A model generated the notes under the pieces. That model saw only the letters and a program-made list of their open reading frames with translations. It was not told the DNA's origin and did not search any database. A stretch of 64,000 bases of DNA from an uncultured bacterium (GTDB taxonomy: Bacteria; Desulfobacterota_D; UBA1144; Nemesobacterales; UBA2774), in NCBI GenBank assembly GCA_963705505.1, contig CAVPJU010000010.1, positions 704,001 through 768,000 on the forward strand, read 5' to 3'. Positions 47,654-59,741 of the stretch are shown piece after piece; within the stretch, counting starts at the first letter, position 1; the number at the start of each line of letters is the position of its first letter. Position numbers and translations under genes: made by a program.

Positions 47654-48757
47654 TTATACTCTGCGGCGAAAAAGCTTTCCCGGATGCTGGGCGATAAAAC
47701 CGTTAAGCTCGAGTGAAAGCAAGAGTGAAAGCACATTTGAAACCTCAAGCCCCGTGAGCTTTATTATTTCATCGACATGAAGAGGCTCGCCGCCGAGGAC
47801 GGAATATACCGCTTTCTCCCGGTCGGAGAGTGACGAGAGTACTTTTTCAAGTGATTCAATCGAGTCCTCCCCCTTAAGACCCCTCAAGACCTCGATCTCA
47901 TTCAATATATCGTCCACGGTCTCCACGAGCTTGGCTCCCTTCTTTATGAGCCAGTTGGTGCCGCGGGAGAGCTTCCTGTCCACGTTTCCGGGAACGGCGA
48001 AGACCTCCTTATTCTGGTCAAGCGCAAATGAAGCGCTGATGAGGGAGCCGCTCTTGTCAGATGCCTGTACGACGACCACTCCCAGTGAAATGCCGCTTAT
48101 TATCCTGTTTCTCTTGGGGAAGTTCTGGGCGATGGGCGGAGTGCCGATGAGGAATTCGGAGAGCACAGCGCCGTTCCCGGAAATATCCTTATAAAGCTTC
48201 TTATTCTCGGGGGGATAGACGACGTCGATACCCGAGCCTAGGACGGCGATCGTACGCCCTCCCCTCTTGAGCGCCTCCTCCTGAGCCATGGAATCTATCC
48301 CGCGCGCCATACCGCTCACTATAGTCACGCCCAGAGCGGCAAGCTCACCCGCGAGGGCTTCTGTAACGAGCCTGCCGTACTTATCGGGGATCCTCGAGCC
48401 GACTATAGCGACCGAGAGCCTGTCCCGGGGCATAAGATTCCCTTTCATGAAAAGGAAGGGGGGCGGGTTGTAAATCTGGACCAGGTGCTCGGGATAGAGG
48501 GGATCATTCAGGGAGAGGAACGTGTATCCCGAGCGCTTTATCTTTTCGACCTCTTCATCCACCCTTTGCCAGTCGTTAAAACTCTTAATTGCCTGAACGG
48601 TCTTCTCGCCGATGCCCTCTACTTCGGAGAGTTCTTTCGCGGAAGCCTTGAACACGTCCTCGGCTTTGCGGAATCTGGAAAAGAGGCTTTTTGTGTGGAC
48701 GTCCCCGAGCCCGTTCACGAAGCTCAGGGCGATCCAGTATCTGGCGTCATCCTGCAT
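47654..48757 (-). CDS. dprA: DNA-processing protein DprA
   Basis: AIVGSR, VSGMARGID, NFPKRNRIISG, SGSLIS, VFAVPG; C-terminal winged helix. Confidence 0.97.
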   Translation of the reverse strand: MQDDARYWIALSFVNGLGDVHTKSLFSRFRKAEDVFKASAKELSEVEGIGEKTVQAIKSFNDWQRVDEEVEKIKRSGYTFLSLNDPLYPEHLVQIYNPPPFLFMKGNLMPRDRLSVAIVGSRIPDKYGRLVTEALAGELAALGVTIVSGMARGIDSMAQEEALKRGGRTIAVLGSGIDVVYPPENKKLYKDISGNGAVLSEFLIGTPPIAQNFPKRNRIISGISLGVVVVQASDKSGSLISASFALDQNKEVFAVPGNVDRKLSRGTNWLIKKGAKLVETVDDILNEIEVLRGLKGEDSIESLEKVLSSLSDREKAVYSVLGGEPLHVDEIIKLTGLEVSNVLSLLLSLELNGFIAQHPGKLFRRRV

Positions 48758-48826
48758 GGAGGAAAGTAATAAACCCGAACCGGGGGTTCAGTCAAGATTG
48801 GAGGGAGGCGGGATGACGTCCATCGA

Positions 48827-49237
48827 TCCTTCGATAAACTCAGGACAGGCTCCTGCTCAGGACGAACGGGGTTACAAGGTTAGATTGCCGTGCTACGTTT
48901 CAATGCGCTTACTGTGACAAAGAAAAGGCAAAGATAATATCTTCTTTGTCTTGATACAAAGAAGCAAAAATCAAGACTACACAGAATGTCGGGGAAGAAA
49001 ACACAATATCCCCCCTAAACCTATTTTGGCCTAGGCTACGATGAGCCGGAAGTTAATTTACTCAGCCGCCTTTGTTGGTATGGCGTCCGAATGCTTGCTC
49101 GCTCGCATTCGTTCTTTTTCTAAGGAGAGGGTAAAAAGCATAAGATGAGATCCTGAAATAAATTCAGGATGACGACAATGAAGATTTCTCTCTGCGTTCG
49201 AAATGACAACCTTTCCCTTACTCCCAAGGGGGAAATT
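48827..49237. repeat. Cluster of different short palindromic (REP-like) repeats, cluster 2
   Basis: Units at 48827-48870, 48941-48964, 49088-49111, 49147-49173, 49182-49208, 49212-49236; several match cluster 1. Confidence 0.8.
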
Positions 49238-49258
49238 TAGAGAATATAAGGAATCCTT

Positions 49259-49558
49259 TTAGTCATGATGGAGCTTCTCGCCGAGGCTCTTCATTTTCCC
49301 TTCCATAGTATAGGGCTTGTCGGTCCTCTCGCTTATCCTGAGCGATGTGCTTATCCGCTCGACGCCCTTTGCCCGGAGCGCCTCGTGACATTTCCTCACA
49401 AGAGGGATTATATCCTCCCAGCCGCACTCGATGTTGGTCCCCATCGAATGGGACTCGTACTTAAGACCGCTCGCCTCTATAACCCTCATGACATCAGCCA
49501 CGTATTCCGAGAGCGAGGTGCCCGCCCCTATCGGGATTATGCTCAACTCGATTATCAT
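49259..49558 (-). CDS. MTH1187/DUF77 thiamine-binding-like protein
   Basis: SIIPIG..TSLSEYVA, MGTNIE, RISERTDK. Confidence 0.9.
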   Translation of the reverse strand: MIIELSIIPIGAGTSLSEYVADVMRVIEASGLKYESHSMGTNIECGWEDIIPLVRKCHEALRAKGVERISTSLRISERTDKPYTMEGKMKSLGEKLHHD

Positions 49559-49699
49559 ATTTTTATCTCCCAGGGAATAACGATTTCACTCATATGATAC
49601 TACAACACGCAGGGCGCCTTTTGCATACCCGTCCTCGTCCGATAAGCTCTTGATATGGGGGATATCATGACTTCTAAGAACGTTGAAGGAGGATAGAGT

Positions 49700-50113
49700 A
49701 TGAAGAGCTTCACCGAATATCTGTGGTTCAACACGAAGGGAAAGAGGGAGATGGTGCACATCACGGATACCGTAAGGGATATAGTCAAAAAGAGCGGCGT
49801 CGCGGAAGGGTTTGTTCTCGTATCCGCCATGCACATAACGGCGGCTGTGTATGTGAACGACCTCGAGGACGGGCTCATCGAAGACATATGGGAATGGCTG
49901 GAAGGCCTTGCCCCTTACAGGGGTGATTACAGGCACCACAGGACGGGGGAGGACAACGGGGACGCGCACCTTAAAAACCTGATAATGCACCACCAGGTCA
50001 TCGTACCCATCACGAAGGGGGAGCTCGACCTAGGGCCCTGGCAGAGTGTATTTTACGCGGAATTCGACGGGCGGAGGAGAAAGAGGGTGATCGTGAAGGT
50101 CATAGGCGAGTGA
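49700..50113 (+). CDS. YjbQ/UPF0047 family protein
   Basis: [25 protein letters not shown]. Confidence 0.93.
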   Translation: MKSFTEYLWFNTKGKREMVHITDTVRDIVKKSGVAEGFVLVSAMHITAAVYVNDLEDGLIEDIWEWLEGLAPYRGDYRHHRTGEDNGDAHLKNLIMHHQVIVPITKGELDLGPWQSVFYAEFDGRRRKRVIVKVIGE

Positions 50114-50161
50114 GGGCAGTCCCGGGATAATGCCGCCCCGATTCCTTTATAATAGATAACC

Positions 50162-50617
50162 ATGGACGAGAAGGGTAAAGACGTAAGAGGAGAGTGCAGG
50201 TTCTTCATAGACAAGACCGGGAACTGGTTTCAGGACGGTATAAGGATCAGGCACAGGGGAACATACCTTTACAACAACCGGCTCCTCGATATAGACGAGG
50301 AGGGGAGGTTTTATCTCGACGAGGGGAGCGGGAAGCTCTATGTGGAGGTCGAGGACACTCCGTTTGTCGTGAAGATGGTCCACAGGCGCGGGGAGGACTT
50401 TTACCTGAGATTAAACGACGAGACCGAAGAAAGACTCGACTTCGGGAGCCTGATAATCAATCGAGATAACGTCCCGTACACCAAGGTAAAAAATAAGAGG
50501 TTCGACGCGAGGCTCTCAAGGCCCGCCTATTACGAGCTTATGAAATACGCTGAAAAAGAAGGGAAGGATTATTTTATAACTGCGGGCGGAGTAAAATATT
50601 TCCTCAAAAAAAAGTAA
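50162..50617 (+). CDS. Conserved hypothetical protein (DUF1285-like)
   Basis: IDKTGNWF.DG, YVEVEDTPFVV, ARLSRPAYYEL. Confidence 0.7.
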   Translation: MDEKGKDVRGECRFFIDKTGNWFQDGIRIRHRGTYLYNNRLLDIDEEGRFYLDEGSGKLYVEVEDTPFVVKMVHRRGEDFYLRLNDETEERLDFGSLIINRDNVPYTKVKNKRFDARLSRPAYYELMKYAEKEGKDYFITAGGVKYFLKKK

Positions 50618-50623
50618 TTCCGG

Positions 50624-51778
50624 TTACTGTAGCGAATTCACGAGCCTCACTATAATCTCGTCCGACAGAAGCGTGCCTTTCCTCGTGAGCCTTATAATAT
50701 CGCCGGATAATTCGATAAAGCCGTCTTCTCTCAAAGACTCGATACGCGATGAGTCGGGCGCGACGCCGTACCTGCCCCGTAAACCGTTCACGTCTATACC
50801 CTCATTCAGTCTGAAGCCCATGATTATCTGATCCTCGAGAGCCTCCTCCCTTCCGAGCTCTTCTGTGAAGTCGAGGGGCTTTTGTCCATGCCCGACCGCC
50901 TTCAAATATGAAGCGGGGTTCTTAATATTCGCCCATCTGCGGCCCCAGGGTGACTTCTCAGTCTTCATATGTGAATGGGCGCCTGCTCCGAGCCCCAGAT
51001 AATTCTCCCCCTTCCAGTAAAGGAGGTTATGCCTGCATTCATACCCCGGCCTGGCGTAGTTTGAAATCTCGTATTGCCCGTACCCCGCCCCCCCGAGGAA
51101 TTCGGTCGTGTAGCTGATAAACCGGGAGAGAGTATCCTCGCCGGGTAATATGAGCTTCCCCTTTTTGAAGAGCGCGCCGAACTCGGTGCCGTTTTCTATC
51201 GTCAGGCAGTATGCGGATATATGGCTCGATCCGAAACGGACGGCTTCTTCGAGGTCTCCCTGCCACTCTTCAAACGTCTCGCCGCCCGTACCGTACATGA
51301 GGTCGAAATTATAGTTTTCAAACCCCGCGGCGCCGACCTCCTCGAGTATCCTCCTTCCGTCCTCTGGGCTATTTATCCTGCCGAGAAAATCGAGCTTCCT
51401 CCGGGAGAACGACTGGACGCCGATGCTTATCCTGTTTACGCCCTCGCTGCGGAGCCCTTTGAGCTTCCCGAGATCGGCCGTCTTGGGGTTTACCTCGAGG
51501 GATACCTCGACGTTGCCCTGTGGGACGGTCATCCCGTAAATCTTAGATATGATCCTCCCGATGTTCCGGGGGTCGAAAAGAGAAGGAGTCCCCCCTCCGA
51601 AAAAGATCGAAGAAAGCTGCATTCCTTCTATATCCCCGCGGTAAAGCTCAAGCTCTCTCAATACCGAATCCGTGTACTCGGTTTCGGGAAAGCCGTCCCT
51701 GACACCCCAGGAATTGAAATCACAGTAGGGGCATTTTTTTACGCAGTAAGGTATGTGTATATATACGCCGAAAGCCAT
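50624..51778 (-). CDS. hemW: Radical SAM heme chaperone HemW
   Basis: YIHIPYCVKKCPYCDFNS, FGGGTPS, YEISNY, HNLLYW. Confidence 0.94.
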   Translation of the reverse strand: MAFGVYIHIPYCVKKCPYCDFNSWGVRDGFPETEYTDSVLRELELYRGDIEGMQLSSIFFGGGTPSLFDPRNIGRIISKIYGMTVPQGNVEVSLEVNPKTADLGKLKGLRSEGVNRISIGVQSFSRRKLDFLGRINSPEDGRRILEEVGAAGFENYNFDLMYGTGGETFEEWQGDLEEAVRFGSSHISAYCLTIENGTEFGALFKKGKLILPGEDTLSRFISYTTEFLGGAGYGQYEISNYARPGYECRHNLLYWKGENYLGLGAGAHSHMKTEKSPWGRRWANIKNPASYLKAVGHGQKPLDFTEELGREEALEDQIIMGFRLNEGIDVNGLRGRYGVAPDSSRIESLREDGFIELSGDIIRLTRKGTLLSDEIIVRLVNSLQ

Positions 51779-51858
51779 TCCGGTATTGTACGGGAGGAGC
51801 AGGGATGTTGCAACGGGTATGTTTTAGCGTCATATTATTGCTTTAATAAGGATATGAT

Positions 51859-53100
51859 ATGAAACCGGCCGGATTGGTACTTTTCATCATTTTAACCCTG
51901 CTCCCGGGCTTAAGCACGGCCGCGGCCCAGGAAAAAAAACTGCTGACCCTTAACGAAGCCATAGCGACCGCACTTGAAAAGAACCCGGGCATCACAATTT
52001 CCCAAGCCGATATAGAATCATCGAAGGCGGCTGTGAGGATTGCTAAAGACCCTTACTATCCCCAAATCTATACGAGGATAATAGTCCCGTTCGTAGGGCG
52101 GGAGTCGGGGTTCTTTCTGGACCAGATGATATGGGACTTCGGGCGCACATCGAACAAGGTCAAGTCGAGCAAGGCGCTGCTCGAGTCCTCAAAGTACAAT
52201 AAGGAGACGACGAGGGGCGATATAGAGCTGAATACCATTGTAAGCTATTACACCGTACTATCTCAGATGCATATTACGGAGGCCGCTGAAAAAAAGGCTC
52301 TGGAGGCTCAAAGACGCTTCGAGCAGGCGGAGGGTTTTTACAAAGCGGGCAGGATCTCGCAGATAGATGTGACGAAGGAAGAGGTGAACCTCGGGAACTC
52401 GAAGCTCGAACTGGCTACCGCCAGAAACAACCTCGTGATAGCCCAGGATAACCTCATGAACGCTATGGGCCTCGAAGGCGAATTTAACTTCGAGCTTGAG
52501 GACACGCCCGAATATAAAAAATCGGACATAAACCTTGCGGATTCGCTGGACCAGGCGATAGAATCGAGACCGGAGATCAAGAGCTTAGAGGCGCAGGAAG
52601 CCTCGATGAAAGCCAATCTGGAAGCCGCTAAAAAAGAGTTCTACCCCCTCTTATTCGGAAGGACCGCTTACAGGTTCAAGGGGGAAGGGTCGGAAACGCC
52701 GGGTTTTATAGCCGGCGTGGGACTGCAATTCCCAATATTCGAAGGGTTCTCGAGGTTTGCCAACATACAGGACGCCAAGGCCAAATTGATGCGTTCTCAG
52801 GCCCAGATCCAAACGGCGAAGGTGGAAATCGCGACCGAGGTCAAACAGCTCGGGCTCGACCTCGAGCTCGCCGAAGAGAATATTCAGGTAACGGAGAAAA
52901 CGAGAGAATCCGCCGAGCGGAGCCTCTTACTCGCGCGCGAGAGATACAGGCTCGAGAGGGCGTCGGAGCTCGAGCTCGCCGAGGCGGAAGCTATTTATTC
53001 ATCGAGCAATGCGGCATACAGGCAGGCTATTTACAACTACAACATTACGGCTGCGAGACTCAAACGCGCTATAGGTGGAACCGATGAATTTGATAAATAA
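51859..53100 (+). CDS. TolC-family outer-membrane protein
   Basis: Signal peptide; ALEKNP, IWDFG, SRPEI, FPIFEG; heads a MacAB-type operon. Confidence 0.9.
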   Translation: MKPAGLVLFIILTLLPGLSTAAAQEKKLLTLNEAIATALEKNPGITISQADIESSKAAVRIAKDPYYPQIYTRIIVPFVGRESGFFLDQMIWDFGRTSNKVKSSKALLESSKYNKETTRGDIELNTIVSYYTVLSQMHITEAAEKKALEAQRRFEQAEGFYKAGRISQIDVTKEEVNLGNSKLELATARNNLVIAQDNLMNAMGLEGEFNFELEDTPEYKKSDINLADSLDQAIESRPEIKSLEAQEASMKANLEAAKKEFYPLLFGRTAYRFKGEGSETPGFIAGVGLQFPIFEGFSRFANIQDAKAKLMRSQAQIQTAKVEIATEVKQLGLDLELAEENIQVTEKTRESAERSLLLARERYRLERASELELAEAEAIYSSSNAAYRQAIYNYNITAARLKRAIGGTDEFDK

Positions 53101-54232
53101 GAAGACTATTGCCGGGCTGATCATAATTCTGATACTGGGTATTTTTATCGTGCCGAGATTCCTCGGGAGGAAAGATTCAGGGATCACGTACAGGACTGCC
53201 GAGGTTGACAGGAACGATGTAATATCGATCATTGCCGCAACAGGGACGGTCAACCCGATTATGACGATCAACGTCGGGTCCCAGGTATCGGGGACGGTGA
53301 GCAAAATTTACGCCGACTACAACGCCCGGGTCAAGAAGGGGGACCCGCTTGCAGAAATAGACCCGGCGCCGCTCAAAACAGAGCTAAAGAGGGCCGAGGC
53401 TGACAACAAAAGGGCACAGGCCGACTTCAATATCGCAAACTCTTTATATAATGCAAATAAAGAGCTTTATGAAAAAAGACTCATACCTAAAGAAGAGTTC
53501 GACTCTTCCCAGGCAAAATATTCTTCCTCGCTCGCGGCTTTCGATCAGTCTAAGGTCGCTCTGGAGATAGCGCAATCGAACCTCAATAATACAGTAATCA
53601 GGTCTCCCATAGACGGGGTCGTCCTGTCGAGGAGCATAAACGCGGGTGAAACAGTCACCCCCGCCGGTAAGCCCCTTTTCGTCATATCGGATGACCTCTC
53701 GAAGATGCAGATCGACACCAGGGTAAGCGAGGCGGACATAGGGAAGGTGGGCGGCGACCAGAAGGCATACTTCAAGGTGGACGCCTATCCGAATGAAACA
53801 TTCGACGGGGTCGTATCACAGGTGAGAAACGAACCCATAATAACCAACAACGTCGTCACCTATAACGTCCTGGTGCAGACGGGAAATAAGGATATGAAAT
53901 TGAAACCGGGGATGACGGCCGAGGTGAAAATCGTCGTAGCCGATAAGAAGGATGTGCTCAGGGTCCCCACCGCCGCTCTCAGGTTCATACCCCCAGCCTC
54001 AGCCGACATAAAGGATAAGCCCGGCGAGCTCTCCGACAAATCGTATGTATGGATACCGCTCGGGGGCGGGCAGATAGGGGCTTTACCCGTGAAGCCCGGG
54101 GTGAGCGACGATATGTACACCGAGATACCCGACGGGGACTTGAAGGAAGGTCAGAAGGTCATCATAGAAGCCGTAACCGGCGGAAAGACGGACAGCAGCT
54201 CCTCATACCTCCCACAGCCGAGGAGATTCTGA
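53084..54232 (+). CDS. MacA-like periplasmic adaptor
   Basis: ATGTVNP, VGSQVSG, IRSPIDGVV, SEADIG, LKPGMTA. Confidence 0.92.
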   Translation: MNLINKKTIAGLIIILILGIFIVPRFLGRKDSGITYRTAEVDRNDVISIIAATGTVNPIMTINVGSQVSGTVSKIYADYNARVKKGDPLAEIDPAPLKTELKRAEADNKRAQADFNIANSLYNANKELYEKRLIPKEEFDSSQAKYSSSLAAFDQSKVALEIAQSNLNNTVIRSPIDGVVLSRSINAGETVTPAGKPLFVISDDLSKMQIDTRVSEADIGKVGGDQKAYFKVDAYPNETFDGVVSQVRNEPIITNNVVTYNVLVQTGNKDMKLKPGMTAEVKIVVADKKDVLRVPTAALRFIPPASADIKDKPGELSDKSYVWIPLGGGQIGALPVKPGVSDDMYTEIPDGDLKEGQKVIIEAVTGGKTDSSSSYLPQPRRF

Positions 54233-54235
54233 GGG

Positions 54236-54961
54236 ATGAGCGGTAACGTCATCGTCACCAAAGACATACACAAGGTCTATAAGCTCGGGGACATGGAGGT
54301 CCATGCGCTCAGGGGCGTTTCGGTCGATATAAAGGAAGGGGAATTCGTATCCATAATGGGCGCTTCGGGCTCGGGGAAGAGCACGTTCATGAATATAATC
54401 GGCTGCCTCGATAAACCGACGAGCGGGAATTATTACCTCGACGGCAACAGGGTCTCCGATATGGACAAGGACGAGCTTGCCGGGATAAGGAACAGCAAGA
54501 TAGGGTTCGTGTTCCAGAGCTTTAATCTCCTCGCGAGAACGACGGCTGCCGAGAACGTGGAGCTGCCGATGATCTACAACAACACCGACACTAAAAACAG
54601 GGTGAAGCTCGCGTACGATGCGCTCGGGAGAGTGGGTCTCAGCGGCAGGGAGAAGCATTACCCCTCGCAGCTCTCGGGCGGGCAGCAGCAGCGTGTGGCC
54701 ATAGCGCGCGCCATCGTGAACGACCCCAGCATCATACTCGCCGACGAGCCGACAGGGAACCTCGATACCGGTATGAGCTCCGAAATAATGGAGATATTCA
54801 GGGCACTCAACGAGCAGGGAAAAACGATCATCATAATCACTCACGAGCACGATATTGCCGAGAACGCGGAGCGCATTATCATATTCAAGGACGGCTCCAT
54901 TCTGGAAGAAAAAAGAAGGGAGCGCCCTGGCCGCGAAGTCCCGCAAACGAAACTCATATGA
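54236..54961 (+). CDS. ABC transporter ATP-binding protein (MacB/LolD type)
   Basis: [33 protein letters not shown]. Confidence 0.95.
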   Translation: MSGNVIVTKDIHKVYKLGDMEVHALRGVSVDIKEGEFVSIMGASGSGKSTFMNIIGCLDKPTSGNYYLDGNRVSDMDKDELAGIRNSKIGFVFQSFNLLARTTAAENVELPMIYNNTDTKNRVKLAYDALGRVGLSGREKHYPSQLSGGQQQRVAIARAIVNDPSIILADEPTGNLDTGMSSEIMEIFRALNEQGKTIIIITHEHDIAENAERIIIFKDGSILEEKRRERPGREVPQTKLI

Positions 54962-56160
54962 ATTTCCTCGCAGCACTGAAGGTCTCATACAGAGCCATAA
55001 AAACCAATAAGATCAGGTCTATCCTTACGACCCTCGGCATCATCATCGGCGTCGCGGCGGTCATATCCCTCGTCGCACTGACACAGGGAGCGAACAGGAT
55101 GATCGAGGAGCAGCTCACGAGCCTGGGAGGGAAGTCGCTCATCATCAACCCGGGGAAGAGGGGGGTGGGCGTCCAGGACAGCACAATCAGCCTCACTGCA
55201 GACGACGCCGAAGCCATAAGGAAACTCGGGATCGTGAAATACGTTTCCCCGATGCTCGACTCCCCGGAACAGGTGGTCTGGGGAAACAGGGACTGGTTCA
55301 CGGTGGTCGTGGGGACGAGCCCCGATTTCGTTTTCATAAACGACTGGTACCCGGATGCGGGAGTCTTTTTCAATAACGAGGACGTGGCGAGCATGCAAAA
55401 TGTGTGCGTGCTCGGGAGGACAGTCGTGTCCAACCTCTTCGGATACAGAGACCCAGTAGGAGAAACGGTGAGGATAGGCAAAAACTCGTTCAGGGTGATA
55501 GGGGTCATGGCCTCGCTCGGGCAGACATCGGGCGGTAGAGACCAGGACGACGTCGCGCTCATCCCTTATACTACTTTCCAGAAGAGGATACTCGGTACGA
55601 ATACGCTCGAGACCATCTCCGTTTCCGTAAACTCGCCCGGGGATATCCCCGGAGCCGAGTCCCAAATAACGCTCCTCCTCCGCGAAAGGCACAAAATCGG
55701 CAAGGACGAGGAAGACAACTTTTATATCAGGTCCCAGTTCGGGGTTATCCAGAGGATTTTCAGCATATCCAACATAATGACCATTCTCCTGGGAAGCATC
55801 GCCTCGATCTCTCTTATAGTGGGCGGAATAGGAATCATGAACATAATGCTCGTATCCGTAGGGGAGAGGACTAAAGAAATAGGTATAAGGATGGCGGTAG
55901 GAGCCAAAGAAAAGGATATTATGGTTCAGTTTCTGATAGAGGCGGTGATGCTTTCCCTAACCGGGGGACTTATAGGGATTGCCGTGGGCATAATCGGATC
56001 AGAAGTCGCCTCGTCATTCACGGGGTGGAAAACCGTCATATCCCCCGAATCCGTATTACTGTCCTTTTGCTTCGCTGCCCTCATCGGAATCTTTTTCGGC
56101 ATCTATCCGGCAAAGAAGGCATCAAAGCTCGACCCGATAGAGGCCCTCAGGTACGAGTAG
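54958..56160 (+). CDS. MacB-type ABC permease
   Basis: RSILTTLGIIIG, GGIGIMNIMLVSV.ERTKEIGIRMAVGA, DPIEALRYE. Confidence 0.95.
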   Translation: MNFLAALKVSYRAIKTNKIRSILTTLGIIIGVAAVISLVALTQGANRMIEEQLTSLGGKSLIINPGKRGVGVQDSTISLTADDAEAIRKLGIVKYVSPMLDSPEQVVWGNRDWFTVVVGTSPDFVFINDWYPDAGVFFNNEDVASMQNVCVLGRTVVSNLFGYRDPVGETVRIGKNSFRVIGVMASLGQTSGGRDQDDVALIPYTTFQKRILGTNTLETISVSVNSPGDIPGAESQITLLLRERHKIGKDEEDNFYIRSQFGVIQRIFSISNIMTILLGSIASISLIVGGIGIMNIMLVSVGERTKEIGIRMAVGAKEKDIMVQFLIEAVMLSLTGGLIGIAVGIIGSEVASSFTGWKTVISPESVLLSFCFAALIGIFFGIYPAKKASKLDPIEALRYE

Positions 56161-56189
56161 GCTCTATACAGTCTCCGGTCCGGGAGCCA

Positions 56190-58059
56190 TTAGTAATACA
56201 CGTTTATGAACCCCGTCCCGCCCACCGCGAAATCGTCTTCCTGGTCGCCGTTTACGTCTTCAAGCCCTTCGACAACACTTCCGTACTGGGAGTCCCCGTC
56301 CTGTCCTGTGAGCGTTATGTTAGCCTGGCTCGCAGTGACCGCAGCCGGGAAATTGTCCTGTCCGAAGAATACGTAAACCGAACCGTTCGGAACCCCGGGA
56401 GCGCCCACTCCGAAATCGGCGTTGCTCACTTGGTATTGAAGCACTATTGCCGTGTTCCTCTGCTTCTCTACCAATCCCGGCGTGAGGAAAGGGAACACGC
56501 TTATAGAGGTCCCGAAGAGGTCTCCGGGGTTCAAGCCCGTAAAGTCCGTCTCCGCGACCGGGGTCGTTCCGTCTTTTAAGTTAGCCTCGAGATCCGTTCC
56601 CGAATACAGGAACACGGAACCCGTATCGCTGTTGGTCCCGGGCGCGCCCACTATCACGTCGTCCGTACCCTGCCCGTCCTCGTCTATATCCCCGTTCCCC
56701 GATATGCTCATGCCGAAGCTGTCATCCGCGTTCCCTTCAAGTATCAGGACGTCGTTCGTATCGGTGGCGAGGTCTTTGCTCTGAAGATTGTCTTTTCCGA
56801 AGATTATATAAGCCTTCCCGAGATCGGGCGCACCGATACCCAGCTCGTCGAAGCTGTTATTGTCTATCAAGCCGAGGAGCGCGAGCGAGAAGCCGAAGAG
56901 GCCTCCCGATTGCTGTCCGGTGAATATGGCATGGGCGGACGTCGCAGGATTTACGGCGGTCTTGTCGAGGTCGGGCCCCTTGTAAACATAGGCCCTGCCC
57001 GTGTCCGAGCTATAGAAAGGAGCGCCTACCACGAATACCCCCCTCCCGTTTAAAATTCCGCTACCGTCCTCGACTGAGAGTCCGAAATTATCTCCCTGGT
57101 TCTCCCCCTCTATCTCGATATGCTCCACACTCCCGTCGGTAAGATTTATCTCGCTCGGAAACGTACTGCTCCCGAAGACGACGTATACCTTTCCGGTTCC
57201 GTTATCAAAATCGGGCGCTCCTATTACAAGCTCCTCCGCCTGTCTGTCTCCGCCGAAATCGGCGGTGGTTGCGAGTGAGGCGCCAAAACCGTCAGACGCG
57301 TTGCCGATAATAGTGACATCGGCGTCCGCGACATCGATGAGAGCGCTCCCGTTGTTGGTCAGATCGTTTTGGCCGAAAAATATATAAACCTTCCCCAGGC
57401 ACGGGTCACCGACCGCATAATCGTTAATGCCTATATTCTGACTGCCTCCGCTGCATATATCCTGATCATTTTCGATGATACATATATTCTGTGTTATCTC
57501 GTCGCCATTGTAATTGCCCGCTGCGACGGACTGCCCTAAGCAGCTCCCGGGCTCGCTGCTCACATACCTGATGTTCTGAAGGGGCGTCGAGAGCTCGACT
57601 ACGTTTGACGGATTTGAGGACTTGCCGGTCTCGTCGTTACTGCGCACGGTATAAAAGTAAGAGGTCTCGCCGCTGATATCGAGCCTCGGGGAGAGGAAGC
57701 TCTCGGGACTGCCCGCGGGCTGCGGCTCCTGGAAATCCGGCACCTGCGTCGCATTCTTGAAATTATCTATTACAGCGTTCTGGATTTCAGAAAACGGGAC
57801 TCCGTCGAGATTAGGGACACCCAGGATTTCAGCCACCTGGACGTCGCTGTAGAACCTCGGAAAGTAGATGGTCACCTTCCCGCTGTTTCCGTTGTCTCCG
57901 GGGGCTGTCCAGCTAAGGAGTCTGGTAATTTCTTCGGTAGAGAGATCACTTATAGTCCCGGGCGTTTTGCTAGTCGCCCACGGCGCATGAAGCCAGCAAT
58001 GCGATGACGGATAAACAAGATAGGATAGAGATCGATTTCAATTTCCTGCTAAATTTCAT
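56190..58059 (-). pseudogene. Lipoprotein with FN3-like domain and FG-GAP/integrin-alpha repeats; frameshifted near 57972-57985 (real or assembly error)
   Basis: ATG 58059 encodes the lipobox signal ...LLAS-CAVGD* . Another frame continues TSKTPGTISDL..LSWTAPGDNGNSGK into ORF 56190-57875, which has multiple FG..../IGAP/G.VY repeats. Confidence 0.75.
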
Positions 58060-58272
58060 ATGGTTGTCCCTTGCAGAATTTTTTTAAAATATAAGATTCT
58101 ACCGAACTTAAATTATATTTCCAACATAAAAGCACAATCCGGTCGGAATAATTATCACCTCAGATAAAAATAGCCGAAAGTCGTCAGGGCTGTCCGGGCC
58201 GCCGCTTTCGACGCTGCATTAATAATAACCGATAAAATCATAGGATTTGATAGCCATGAACTCCTATGGTAA

Positions 58273-59586
<1,314 letters not shown>

Positions 59587-59741
59587 GAAGGCGTTCCCCC
59601 GCAAGAAACCCTTATTGATTATAGGGAACTCGTACTTATATTTTTCGTATATTAAACTCTTGTAACCGGGCGGCAAGCTGCATAAGTACTGTTTATTATG
59701 TATAATTTATCTTTGAAGACATTTGTTTAAAAGGAAATGTT

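Noticed and set aside
57970..57972. Amber readthrough in the FG-GAP gene
   Set aside because: The same frame hits TGA eight codons later; the continuation is in another frame, so it needs a frameshift.
59587..59741. Leucine attenuator or T-box upstream of leuC
   Set aside because: No Leu-rich leader peptide, T-box motif or terminator/antiterminator pair is visible.
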